Assembly (NCBI GenBank): GCA_028534125.1
Contig: CM052832.1
Location: 25,358,001 to 25,422,000, forward strand
Source of the DNA: Lama glama
Taxonomy: Eukaryota
Length of the DNA: 64,000 bases
Direction: 5' to 3'
Shown piece after piece: positions 1 through 12,104 of the stretch (positions are counted from its first letter, which is position 1; the number at the start of each line of letters is the position of its first letter). The notes under the pieces are model-generated. The model was not told the DNA's origin, searched no databases, and saw only the letters and a program-made list of their open reading frames with translations. The position numbers and the translations under genes were made by a program.

Positions 1-530
1 TGAAGTGACCAGGAATGAAGGCGTTTTGAAGGCTGAGTAGGAGTTCAGCAGTTTGAAGTAAGCCAAGCAACTCTCCAACATGAAAAAAAAAAAAAAAAAT
101 CATGAGACCTTAAAAAAGGAACCACACATAATGGATGGGACTCATTTTTTGTTTAGGAGTGACTAAATATGAAACCAAGAGGTGGGCAGGAGCTAGAACC
201 TGAAAGGTTCAGTCTCCCAGCCAAAGGAGTTTGGACTTTGCCTATAGGCTAAAAAGAAGCTCAGAAGGATTTCACTAGAGATACAAAGTGAATCTGTGTT
301 TTTGAAAAGTAATTTCGATTGTGAGAGATGAAATTGAGGACTGAAGAAAAGAGAGGCAGGAGGCAGGGAATTGCAATGTTATTGCATAAATGAGGTGAGA
401 AATGGTTATGATCTGAATCCAGCAGCAGAGGAAATAGCAGAGAGAGCAGTGAAGAGGCTGAGAAATATTTAGAATGTCAAAAGTCCACAGGACTTGGTAA
501 CTTTTTCGCTGGAGGACATGGTGACTAACA
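1..530 (-). mobile_element. LINE-2 remnant
   Basis: Purine-rich antisense L2 motifs (ggagtttggactttg, gttattgcataaatgaggtgagaaatgg, ccacaggacttggtaac); boundaries approximate. Confidence 0.7.
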
Positions 531-1377
531 GGGTAGAGTCTAGAAGTCATTCCTTAATCTTACCTTTTATGCTCTTAATTAGATCAGTTATCCACTGTAG
601 GAAGAATGGCAACACAACAGTAGTGAATGAGGAAGAGGTAGCAAATCATCAGACACAAATAAGAGCAGGCACTCACTATTCTGCGTCCAGATCTCTATGG
701 GCAGTCATGTTTAATCAAGTGTTCTAGTCCCTGTTTGATTTCCTATAAGAAATGACAAGGAAGGAAGTAAAAAGTTAATAAAGACCAAGTACAGAGGAAT
801 AATCCACGGTCCTGTATTATATGCATATTGAAATTTCCCTCTTTAATGCAGGGGATGATATAGGTGCTTCCAAACACCAATCATATCCATGGTTCTCCTG
901 AGAAGTAATTCAAGCTTCGTATGCTCCAGAAATCCTGCCTTTCTTTCCCCTCTTTGTATTGTGTACTTACTTGCTTACATTCTCCAGTTTTGTCTTATGT
1001 TCCCACCTCTTCTCTCCAAATAAAAAATAAGCTTTCTAAAGTCAGACCATGTTGTCTGCTTCTCATACCCTCCCCAAAGCTCCAGAAACTTCTTAGAATT
1101 TGGAAGGGTCCAGAAAATGCTCACCCAGGAGTACTTCACCAAAACTATAATGTCTGACTATTACAGACTTTTACCAGCCATTTTAGTCTGTTGACTGTCC
1201 TCTCCAGTTCCTCTTTTTGGAATACCACTGTTTTTCCTCTTACAGTACCCAAATTCGGCAGAGTGCTGTATACTTGTTAAGGCCTCAGCTCCAGTCCTAT
1301 CTCCAATTCAACCTGGCTACTTGGCTTACTCACTGCTGAATTCTCAGTGCTCCTGTTACTTCAGCCACATTTTAAAA

Positions 1378-1497
1378 AAGTAAAAATCACATGTATTTAA
1401 GGTGTACATCATGATATTCGAGTATGCATATTCATTTGGAAATGACCATTACAGTCAAGCTGGTTAAAAAAACTCTCGCCTCACAAGGCTACCATCA
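1378..1497 (-). mobile_element. L1MA-type LINE-1 3' UTR fragment
   Basis: tatttaaggtgtacatcatgat...cagtcaagctggttaa resembles the antisense L1MA 3' end. Confidence 0.7.
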
Positions 1498-1624
1498 GAC
1501 ACATTTTTTGAGCTTTAAAATTATGTTCCATGTTGTATTGTTTTCTAATTATGTCATTTGTGTATCCTGTCTCTCCTAATTAGACTGAAATTTTCATATT
1601 GAGGCAGCCCTTGGCAATGAGGCC

Positions 1625-1757
1625 CGTCCCTCGGCCTACTATTAACTCTCCGAGTGAGCTTCAGCAATTCATCTGACCCCTGTGGGCCTCCACTTTATCA
1701 TCTATAAAATGAGAGGTTAAATTCAATTATCACCAAAGAAATTTCTGGATCCAACAT
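1625..1757 (+). mobile_element. MIR SINE
   Basis: MIR core ctgtgggcctccactttatcatctataaaatgag. Confidence 0.7.
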
Positions 1758-1959
1758 GCTCTCATCATACTTTGACCTTTGTACTGAGCCTCCTTGTTCC
1801 CCTCTCAGTGCTGGTCCCTAAGTAGACTTACATACACAATTGTTGAGGAAGGATTGCTAGGGCAAATTTCTTTACACTTGTACATTATTAACTGCCTAAT
1901 ACAACCTTACATTTCTCTGTGATACCTAGTAATATCTTCCACTTATATAACTTGTTATG

Positions 1960-2155
1960 GGGTTTAAAGCACAGTCATAGTAATATAATTTAACCCATAA
2001 AACAACTCAGATTAAGATAGGTCTTATCAGCCTCACTCTTTCAATGTGAAAATGAAATATTAAGAGGTTATGATTTGCTCAAGGTCATATAACTAGTAGG
2101 GTGACAGAGCCAGGAGTCAAATCCAGGCCTCCTGGCTCCACATCCCTTGTGCTGG
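1960..2155 (-). mobile_element. MIR SINE
   Basis: Antisense core gaggttatgatttgctcaaggtcatataactagtagggtgacagagccagga. Confidence 0.8.
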
Positions 2156-2312
2156 CCACCTCCCTAGCTTTTCAAAATATGATCCAAGATGCCTTATTCC
2201 ATGAAATGTTACTAGATTCAGAAGGAAAAGAATGCTTTGAGGAAGTAGATTTGGAAATTGCTAACTCACCCACAGATACTTTACTGAAGAGTTTTAAAAC
2301 CCTAAAGAGGCA

Positions 2313-2447
2313 GCCAGGAGGGACTAGCTCAAGTAGTAGAGTACATTCCTGGCACGCAGGAGGTCCTGGGTTCAATCGCCAGTACCTCCTCTAAAAATAA
2401 ACAATAAACCTAATTACCTCCCCTGACCAAGAAAACAAAAAGAAAAC
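2313..2447 (+). mobile_element. Camelid tRNA-derived SINE (Vic-1-like)
   Basis: A box tagctcaagtagtaga, B box ggttcaatcgcc, body taaacctaattacctcccc, A-rich tail, degenerate 17-bp TSD (2296-2312 / 2448-2464, 14/17 identical). Confidence 0.9.
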
Positions 2448-3327
2448 AAAATCCCACAGAGGCATAGAACTTTCCAAACTACTTTGGCCACAGAAGCCTT
2501 TGTTTTAAGGAGCTGGTACCCGTGGAACAGTCTTAGAGACATACTTCACCCAATATGATGAATTGATGCTTCATAAATGATTGCTGACTGACAATAATTC
2601 TTACCTAAGTGCTTGAATACTCAATGTGAAGGTTCTAATTTTATATAGGTCTATCTTTGTATGTAGGGGTAAGGGAGTTAGGAGGAGTGATGTAAAAAAT
2701 AATCTTTGACTGACATCAGGTTTATAAATAACTATGAGCCAGTGTACTTATAAGGTGGGGGCTTCTACTGAGAGAAGGTAGAACAGCTATTTCAAGCTGA
2801 GATTTGCAAGAGTATTTTAAAACCTGCTAGGAGGTAAACCCAGAAGTAAACAGCTGTCTTAAGAGTGAGTGATGTCAAGGAGACATTAGTTCTTTTCGTT
2901 ACTCACTGCTTCCTGTCCCTGAATTTACAGTCTTATTTGTCAAGCTTCACTCAAATGCCGCAGCACAAACCAGATACAATAAAATGGCATTTTATACTGG
3001 TTGACTGTGGACCTCGTTTAAACAAGTCACTGAATGTCCCTGGTTCTTTGGATTATCTACAATTTTTGGACTATCATTATTATTCTGCTTAGATTATGTC
3101 TTGTGTTATTGAAAGAGAGCTGGCCCTGATTCAGAAACTCTGGTAAGGCAGCCAAGATGGGAAACCTGCAGTTCCTAAGAATAGAAGTTACTGTTTATAA
3201 TAATACTGTACTCTGTGTTTGGGGGGAAAAAATCTTATCCATGATCAACAAAACTACAGGGGATCATTATGAGGAAACTGAGGCACAAAGATTACAAGTA
3301 GGCAGGGAAAGAGGGAAGGAATATATT

Positions 3328-3800
3328 AATCAGGATGCCTTCTGTTGCAACTGAACGAAACCCCAATGAAAATGGCTAATGGAAAAAAAAAAAAAAAGAG
3401 AGGAGGTGGAGAGGTTTGTGTCATCTAACTGGGGAATCCAGAGTCCTAGTTTCAGGGTTACAAATGATGTCATCATTTCCCCCTCCCTCCTTCCTTCTGT
3501 TCTCTTTCCATGCATATCAGCATTTGTTTCTTCTGTTGGCAGCCAGCAAAGGTAGCTCCAAAGGAAAATCTTGTTTCCCACCATGGACATAGGAGTAGAG
3601 CACAATTTTTGATCAGAAGGGGTGGGGAAAAAAAAAATTCAGAGCTGCAAAAAAGCAAAAGCAGTCACGCCCACCACAGAAATCATTAGCTTTTCACTCT
3701 GTAGGGCCACAGAAGTGAGTAAGGTGGGAGAAAAGCGCCCTTTCCCCAGTCAGAAGCCTAGGGATGCACTGGATTCCAGATAAGTCTAGCTCAGTCCAGA
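3328..3800 (-). mobile_element. MLT1 (ERVL-MaLR, J/K-like) solo LTR
   Basis: caggatgccttctgttgcaactgaacgaaacccc...caaatgatgtcatca resembles antisense old MLT1. Confidence 0.65.
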
Positions 3801-4979
3801 GCTACATGCTCTCATTCACCCCAACTTCCACAGTTGGAGGTTTTCACAGACATAACCCACTCCAAGATGTTGGTTAATCTTCATATTAGACACTCTGCCC
3901 ACAGCTCCTATGACCGCATATGCTGCTCAACAAAAACAGGGCCTATCTCCTGTAAAACTGTCACATCTACAGGGTTTGTATTGTTTTCTGCAACCTTAAT
4001 GTTTCCAAAACCCCAGATTCATCCTTACCTTTACAGAAATCCAGGACCATCTTTCTTTCTGATCCTAGACACATACATGCCTATAGTAAAACAGAAGAGA
4101 TTTGGATGTCACCAGTTATACTGTGACTAGAAATCGGTGGATTATCAATGTCCAGATGTTTATCTTTCCTACAGTTGTCAAGCATTCATTAAAAAAAAAA
4201 TTATTTAACATTTACTTAGGATGTAAAATCGAATAAAACACAGACCCTGTCCTCAAAGCATGCACACAAAGCACTAAGAGTTTTCCCTTTGGAAAGGAAT
4301 GTCAGGGAAGACATTTGAAGGTAGTAGGGGATCTTTGGGCTCCACTCCACTCAGGGCTGACCATGAGCGGTTCTGGTGTCGAGCCTCCCAGCAGATTGCA
4401 GAAGAGGCCCCATTCTTACCTCCAATCCCCATCTACCCAGCCCCAGCCCCAAGACTCATGTATAACGAGAATCCAAGTCAGCCTCTTCTCCTTGTTAATT
4501 TTTTTTCCTTTCTCTCCTTTCATTTGTTAATTTATTCATTCATTCATTCATTCATCCATTATTCCAAAGAGCACCCAGTGCCTGCTTATAATGCTCCCCT
4601 TCCTCTGTACTTACCCCTGTCTAGTTCCTTGCAGCCCTTCTGAATAAGCAAAGCAGAACCCAACCATCCTCAGACAGGAAAAGAGCATGGGATGAGAAAC
4701 AGGGGAGAGGCACTGAATCTGGGTAAAGTCTAGGAAACCTAGGTCAAGGCAAGGGTACCCAGGTTGTCAGAATCTGGCCTTTATTCTTACAAAATGACGA
4801 TGACTTTTTGTGTCCATGGGTGTGTGTGCATAAGCCAAGGGAGGTGAGGACTTTTAAACAGGGTATGGTACCTGGAGGATTTTAGGCCTTTATGATTGTA
4901 GACAAAAATACAGGTACAAAGAGAAAAGCTATAAAATCAGAGTGGTTATTTAACACAGTACAGCTTACAGACAAGATTG

Positions 4980-5120
4980 TACTGGGAATCTGAAGGCTGT
5001 GGGTTTAGTCTCAGCTTTTTTTTGTGACCTTGGATAAGTCACTTTGTTAGGCCTTACTTTCTTCATTTGTGAAAAAGGAGACTGACCTAAAGACCCTCCC
5101 AAATCTACTATTCTATGTTT
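4980..5120 (+). mobile_element. MIR SINE
   Basis: tgtgaccttggataagtcacttt...ttcttcatttgtgaaa core. Confidence 0.7.
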
Positions 5121-5311
5121 CTATACAAATCAATACTAATCTGGGTAATTTATGATCATACCAATTTTACACATGGTTAACGTTGTAAATTTTAAATACA
5201 ACAATAAATTCTCACATACACACACAGTACACAAACTGTGAACGTAGTTCATTAGACTCATGGTATATGAACAGACATGCTTATCAAAAACTTATAAATA
5301 GATAGATAGAT

Positions 5312-5383
5312 AGGTAGACAAAAAGAAATAGAACAAACATTGGTCACAGGTAGACGAAAAGAAATAGAACAAACATTGGTCAC
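5312..5383 (+). repeat. 36-bp tandem duplication (2 copies, 1 mismatch)
   Basis: aggtagac(a/g)aaaagaaatagaacaaacattggtcac at 5312-5347 and 5348-5383, next to a short (GATA)n run. Confidence 0.95.
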
Positions 5384-6066
5384 AGCATATGTTTAAGGTA
5401 CTCTGGGTCAATATGTCTGAAGATGAGACTAGGGTCTGAGTTAGGACAAGAATCCATATCTCTCAAGCAACTTAGGACCCAAAAGGGTCTCAAGGGATTT
5501 TCTCAACTGGAGGGCAGGAGAAACCAGAAGGAAGAAGGCTAAGATTCTTTGACGTTACTAGAGAACAGATCCTTGGCGATTTCTCAGCCCCGTCAATATG
5601 CCTACAGCTGTCCTGAAATTTTCCAGGCCTCAGACATAGGTAGTCAGAATCATATTCCTTATAGTCTCCATTTACCCACTTGCAAAGTACCCAGCACTTA
5701 CCTAGCAAAGTATCTCCACATGGTAGATAAATGCTTCTTAAATAAATGAATGGAATCTGGCACTGTGCCAATTATCATTTTGTTCACAAATAATTCTCTG
5801 CATCTGGAGTGCTCTAAGAGGTCAGCTCCCACCAAGGAGTTGCAATTACTGAGGAAGTGAAACTGATTGACAAGTGGCACTTAAGAGATCTCCATTTTGC
5901 TTCCCAGCCAGCACTTCTCTTATGAAATGTCCAAAGAAGAGAGAATGAAATGAAACATTTCATATCACTTCAGTACCAAAACACGCCCAGACACTTTCAC
6001 AAAGTGAGTCTAAAGCTCAAGACCAGTATGGATATATTCATCTGACAAATGATATTTGTCTGCTGC

Positions 6067-6446
6067 TGTTATGGATTGAATTGTGTCCCTACAAAAAATT
6101 ACAGCATTGAAGTTCTAACCATCAGTACCTCAGAATGTGTCCATATTTGCAGACGGGATCTTTAGAGAGGTAATTAAGTTAAAATGAGGTCATTACAGCG
6201 GGCCCAAATCCAATATGACTGGTGTCTTATAAGAAGAGGAAATTTGAACACAGACACCCAGAGAGGGAAGACACAGGGAGAAGACAGCCGTCTACAAGCC
6301 AAGGAGAGAGGCTTCAGAAGAAAATGTGTTGGCAGACTCCTTGGTCTTAGATTTCCAGCCTCCAAAGATTCAAGTAAGTAAATTTCTGTTATTTAAGCCA
6401 CCTAGCCTTTGGTAGTTTGTTATGGCAGCCCCAGCAAACTAGCACA
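6067..6446 (+). mobile_element. MLT1B-like solo LTR (ERVL-MaLR)
   Basis: Starts tgttatggattgaattgtgtccc, contains gaggtaattaagttaaaatgaggtcatta, ends gttatggcagccccagcaaactagcaca. Confidence 0.9.
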
Positions 6447-7769
6447 GTTAGCTTGTAAATTTAACCTTTCAAGTGAAATTGACCAAGGGCCAAAAGGGCT
6501 TGAGGTTGAGTTGTTTTTCTAGTAATGAGCATAGGCTGTGTGGATCTCTTGTGGCATCCACGTCCCCTGTGACATGAATTTGCAGTTTGAGGTAGGTGAG
6601 ACTAGGGTACACTCCCAGCACTTGATCTGTTAGCCATGGTCTACTTGATCCAAAGATTTACAACCTTCTAGGGTATATGAGCTTGGCAATTGGGGCAGGG
6701 TGGGGAGAAGGGATGAAGCATCTCAATTTTCAGTATTGTGGCCCAAGGATGGGTCTAATAGCCGCAGAGGGGACAAGGGTGTCCCTTTTAAGAAAACTAC
6801 CTGGTCCTCTTCAGGTTTCAGGCAAGGTTCCTGCTTTTCCCCAAGATCCATCTCCACAGTTGGCCACCTGAGGGGTTTTTCTCCTAAAGAATAGGGAAAG
6901 ATGAGTTTCAAAAAGATGGAATGTCTTTTTCTGCCTAAAATATTTTCTTTTCTTCCTTAAATTTTTAAACAAATAAGCAGCCAAAGTATTTGATTTTGCT
7001 GGTTTAGTAGGTGGGCTTATACTGTAGTAGAGTATTATTGAAGCATAACTTCCATTTTTCTAACAGTCACCAGTAATTTTAAAAGCCCAACATAATGGCC
7101 TTTACATTCCCAAAAGTAACTAGTTTATGTTATCTATCCACAGCTAAAATCATTATGTAGGTGAAGAGAAGCACTTAAAATATCTCCTTTCTTAAATCTA
7201 AGGTCAAGGTTGACCACAGAGCATTTGCTGCCCTTTTAGGTAGTTAATTGGCCTACATAGAATTCTACATTACAATACCATTCTTGAAAAGAAAGAAAAT
7301 TACTCCCTTTGGGATAAGACACTCTAAGATCTAGGAATCTATCTTTACATGAAAGTTCTATGAGAGAGTTATTAAACTGTTATCAGTCATTAATACGTTA
7401 TCATAAATTAAGTATTAGAGATTAGCAACCCAGACTTCTAGCAAGGTCTAAGGAAGCAAAATAAGGAAGTGTTGATATGTATGACACTTTTAATGAAGTA
7501 TCTTTTACATCTCAGCTTTCTTAACAACAAAATGGAGAAATTCTCACATACCCTAGTATGGATTTTGATGAGGGAAAGAATATTAGATACATAAAAAACC
7601 AACTCAAAGGAAAAACAGTATGGAAACACAGGTATCACTGTAGATCTCCTTTAGTATGTGACACAGACCTATTTCTACAGTTTTTAATGAAGCAGAGTCC
7701 TTTATTATGGATTCTTGAGCCTAAGCTCATGAATGCCAGCCATGACCAGGGAATGGTGGGCGCAGGTAC

Positions 7770-7850
7770 GAGTCTACCTTTGGGTTTGTCTGAGACTTTC
7801 CTGGTATTAGCCCTGAAAGTGCTGGGCACACTGTCAAGGATGGTCACCCC
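7770..7850. mobile_element. MER81-like hAT-Blackjack DNA transposon remnant
   Basis: attagccctgaaagt and terminal ggatggtcaccc. Confidence 0.55.
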
Positions 7851-8107
7851 AGTTTAGAAAGGCACTAAGACTGCAAACTCCAAGAGGGAAGAGCCTTCGT
7901 TCCATTCTTGACTGTACACCCAAGTGAAGGGTAGAACAGGCTCCCGGGCAATATTTTTGGACTGATGGAATCAGCGAATGTCCAACGAACAAAGACTATA
8001 CCCATTCCTCTGAACACTTGGGGAAAAGGCATACATCCCAGAAACCGGTAACCATCATTCATTTGGCCTTTCGGGTCCACAAAGGAGTCTTTCTTCAGCT
8101 GAGTTAC

Positions 8108-8451
8108 CTTTCCGGGACCCCCCAGGAGATTCTTCCAGTTTTTGCCAGTCTTAGCCAAACACAGAAGTCTCAGGACTGATCTGGAGGGGGTTCTTTCACA
8201 GCTGCGATTTTAAAATCAGCTGCAGAGGAGAATCCTGGGAGTGGCACACCTTGCAAAATCCAAGGTTAATAGGCTATGAATTGTCACTTTCTTCGCTGAT
8301 CGTCCCTGCTTCAGCAATTCCTTTAACCTACTGTCACTCAGCTTGGGGAGGAGAAGAAACTGGGAAGAGCACCAGCTGCGAGGGGGCAGCAGACAACAAT
8401 GCTCTCTCCTCCCCACGCCGTCCCCTCCCCCCTGCCCTCAATCCACCTGCC
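8108..8451 (-). other. Probable non-coding first exon (5' UTR) of an unidentified minus-strand gene
   Basis: Minus-strand donor AAG|GTAACT at 8108/8107; repeat-free; no ATG on the minus strand over 344 nt; runs into a GC-rich segment and gap. True 5' end unknown. Confidence 0.55.
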
Positions 8452-8760
8452 NNNNNNNNNNNNNNNNNNNNNNNNNNNNNNNNNNNNNNNNNNNNNNNNN
8501 NNNNNNNNNNNNNNNNNNNNNNNNNNNNNNNNNNNNNNNNNNNNNNNNNNNNNNNNNNNNNNNNNNNNNNNNNNNNNNNNNNNNNNNNNNNACGGCTTGT
8601 TTTTCGTGTCGCAAATGTGATAAATCCTGCAGAGCGCTGCTCATTCATGTTTAAACTGCTTCAGATTGTTGCAGGGTTGGGGTGCTCGAACGAGTCGACT
8701 GAGTCACGTAGTGTAGATCTCACAGACAATCCTTTTAATTCGAGAAGAATTCAGTCTCAT
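8340..8760. promoter_or_regulatory. GC/CpG-rich promoter region, partly in an assembly gap
   Basis: C-rich GC-box-like tracts 8405-8451, CTCF-like CTGCGAGGGGGCAG 8376-8389, clustered CpGs 8592-8710, AP-1 TGAGTCA 8700-8706. Confidence 0.6.
8452..8591. other. Assembly gap (N run)
   Basis: 140 Ns. Confidence 1.
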
Positions 8761-9109
8761 TGAGGAGAATGGGCTGCCTTGGAAGGCGCTAGTATGAATA
8801 CTGGTACTATTTATTTCCTTTAATTTGACCAAGACTTGAAAGAATGCAAATATTTTCTTTTGCCTTTATTTTTTGCCATGAAGGATCCAATTTTCTTTCT
8901 TTTCCAGCTTTCACAGACGTATTAAATTACATTCTGTGTATAACTGTTCTAGGATTTGAGGATTTGAGAAGGTTAGAAAAACAATGATAAAATAGTCCTT
9001 GTCCTGTGGGAGATTACAGTCTATCTGAAAGAAAAGATAGGCACTCGGGGGGGGGGGGTGAGGGGAGAAGTATCAACAGAAAATTCAATAATATCTGTGC
9101 TTATGTTCC

Positions 9110-9298
9110 AAAATGGTCCAGTCCAGTGAGGCTCCAGACCAGCAGTATCAGAATTACCTGGGACTTGTAAGAAATGCAAATTTTGGGGCTTTACCCTAGG
9201 CCAACGGAATGAGGATTTTTGAGGCGGGAGGAAGCGATCTGTGTTTTAACAAGCCCTCCCAGGGGTCGTGATGCTCATCTAAGTCTGAAAGCCTCTGG
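9110..9298. mobile_element. MER5A hAT-Charlie DNA transposon
   Basis: gaccagcagtatcagaattacctgggacttgtaagaaatgcaaatt...tgtgttttaacaagccctcccagg. Confidence 0.85.
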
Positions 9299-10159
9299 TG
9301 TAGACATTTTCGTTTGGAAGAGTGATGTGGAAACTGGAAAAAAATGCGAACTGAGTTTGGCCTGACAGCTGATTTGAATTTCCCAAATTACCTAGTAAAT
9401 CTCTGTGTAAATAACTTTCTTTACAACTGCAGTTTTTAAAAAATCACTTGTCTTAAGTATTTATTTGTTATTGTCTTAGCTTCCTTCATGAAGACAGGAC
9501 CCTCTTTTCTACTTCCTTTCCAACTCTTGACAGTATGCTAAAGATAAAAATTTTAATATAGCTCTTGCTGGATTGTATATTTCTATGATTTTATATTTTC
9601 CCATGAGTTGTTAACTATAAGAGCCTATAATGTGCCTGATAATTGATACTGAAGGGAGTAAAAAGCTGTGTAAGAAATGACCCTTGCCCTAGAATCTAGT
9701 TAGAACAAAAATATATCCTCAAGAAAAATTAATAGCAGCACAAGGTGGCATATGGGTAAGCACAAATAAAGATTCAGATTAGATTAACAAATGCCATAGG
9801 ATTCCGATAAGAGAGAGAGATCCAGTGGGTGGAGAAGGCATCCTAGAAGGGGTGGAGCTTGAGCAGAGATTTCAAAACAGACTAAGAGGTTTAGGCTGGC
9901 CCAGAACAACGGGGGAAGGGGGAGGAGGACTGGAACAAAGGGGAACTGGGTGGCCTGGAGCAAGATATGTACATATTCAAGAAGCGTCAGGGTAACAGCC
10001 CTGCTACACAGGTGCTTATGAACTGGGGACAGGGTCTCAGGAGAGAACCAAGAGTAAATAGTGCCAGGAAGCCAGCTTCACTAAGAATTTCTCCCCAAAG
10101 TGTGTGCTTTGTTTTGTTTTATCTTGTTCTGAGGGCAGAGGTGGAAGAGAGCAGCTCTT

Positions 10160-10870
10160 CTCTGGAGGAGCTCATGGTCTAGTGATGGGAGACAGAATAT
10201 CCTAACATAGTGTCTTGAACTCTACTGTAGAAGAGTGGGGAGTTTCTAGCCTGGGCTATCAGGGAAGGCTTCTCAGAGGAAGGGACACCAGAAGGACTAA
10301 ATGGAGTTAGCCAGATGCAGAAGTGGGCAGAGGAACAGCAGGTGCAGAGGCACCAAAGCAAGAGAGAGCAGGGGGCAGTGTGAGAATCAAGCAGATTGGT
10401 TGGCTTTGGGCAAAGGTAGACAAGACTAGGTGACCAGAGGGGAATCTCGGAGAGATGGCAGGCATGAGGTCAGGAAAGGATATGGGAGAGAAGGGGAAGG
10501 TGTGAGGGAGTGGGGCTGGCCAGGATAGCAGTCTGATGGAAATCCTCTGATGGGAGTCTGAAAGGAGGGGAGGCGCCAGCAGGGCACTCAGAGGACGGAA
10601 GAGTGAAAGGCCAGACCCCGGGGGGAGACGAGGATTGTGGGAACTCACAAAGCTTTTGAGTGGAAGAACTAGCAAGACATGGTGCCAGTGGTGATGGGGG
10701 ACAAGGGGCAGGGAAGGGTCATCATTTAAAATACGTAGTTTTTTGAGCTTTGGCAGCTCAGAAAATGCTGTTACTGTTGACAGAAATAGGGAAGTTCAGA
10801 GGGGAAACCGGTTTTTGGAGGGGAAACTGGGGGTGGGGGAAAGACGGTGATTTCAGTTTTGGATGCGTTG
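10160..10870 (-). mobile_element. LINE-2 remnant
   Basis: ggagctcatggtctagtg, atcagggaaggcttctcagagga, gatttcagttttggatg antisense L2 motifs. Confidence 0.75.
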
Positions 10871-12104
10871 TTTGCTCTCTTGAGCTGCTTTGTTTGGTTT
10901 CTGTAGCTGTTTCTTCTTCTCTTAAAACTTAGTTTCAGTGCTTAGATGGAAAAAAAAAGAGCCCAGTTTTGTATCTTGTACAAGATTGAAGTACATCAAT
11001 TCATACAACCTAAAATGGCCCAAGAGCTTAAGGAATCAATAGACAATGGAGCTGTTCCAGATTCTAAGTGCCAGGTGCCAAGGTGAGGAGGTGCAACGGG
11101 AGAGGCTGTTCCCCCTGCATTTTTGTCCTTGTCATCCCTGGCCTCAGGTGAAGGGAGGCTTGGGAACCTCACCTGCTTGGCTAGACTTTTGTTTTTCTCA
11201 GGAGTCCTTACTCCAAGAATCAGGGCTTCCCGATGGACCTGTTGAACAAGAATCATAGGTCTGTCATCTCGGACCATCCGAGCTCAGCTTCCTAGAGCAA
11301 AAGCTTTCTCAACAGGGTCTTGCTCGCTGGGGACAGGAGCCATGGCTTCTGCAGCCTCCCAGACACTCAGTTACCTCAGGTATGTTAGAGTCCTGCTCCA
11401 GCTGGTGGCCCCGGCTACCTGTCAGAGAGAAAATAGGTCAGCCTGAGTCTCCTGATTGCTGAAGTGGAGAAAGTCCCACAGTGTGGGGTCAAGGAGGGAC
11501 AGAATAGCCTCACTCTGGCTTCTCTCCACAGGGGCTAAAGGAGAAGTGGGTTGGGGTGGGGCCGGCTGACCACTCCGCCTTCCAACACACTCACTCTCTT
11601 TCAAGCCACCAGACATGCTGCATTTTTGACACTCACACATACGCAGTGTCCCTGACTGGGCTCTTTAAGCGCAACGTGTTTAACTTGGATTCCCTGAAGT
11701 CAAGCTAACCCTACTTGAATGGCTTCCTTAGCAGGACAGAGCATTGGTGAAAGACATAATTCATTTAGGAATAAGAATAGCTTCCTTGAGTTGGGATCTC
11801 ATGGAACTAGCAGCAGCCGCTCTGAAATCAAGGAGGAATGCTGGTGACATTCTTGACTCTTCTCTCCCCATCCTTCTCCTGGCCCCAACAGCCAATCAGT
11901 CACCTGACTCTTTCTCCTGTAAAGCATCCTTTAAACCCATCCACTTCTCTTCTGTCCTCACCACTAGCCTAGACCTTCAACTCCGGCCTGTTCCACTGTA
12001 ATTCCCTACAGACCGGCCTTACTTCCCACACCCTGCCCAGCTACAATCCACTCCCTGCAGTGAAGAGAGACTGTCCTCCCCACAATTCACATCTGGTTCT
12101 GTCT

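Noticed and set aside
5312-5383. 36-bp direct repeats as a CRISPR-like array
   Set aside because: Only two abutting copies, no spacers, eukaryotic context.
8108-8451. Assigning a gene symbol to the putative first exon
   Set aside because: I do not recognise the sequence and no coding exon is present; a BLAST search is needed.
8251-8763. ORFs crossing the promoter gap (also those at 37.8, 38.2, 42.0 and 44.7 kb)
   Set aside because: Their length is an artefact of Ns translated as X.
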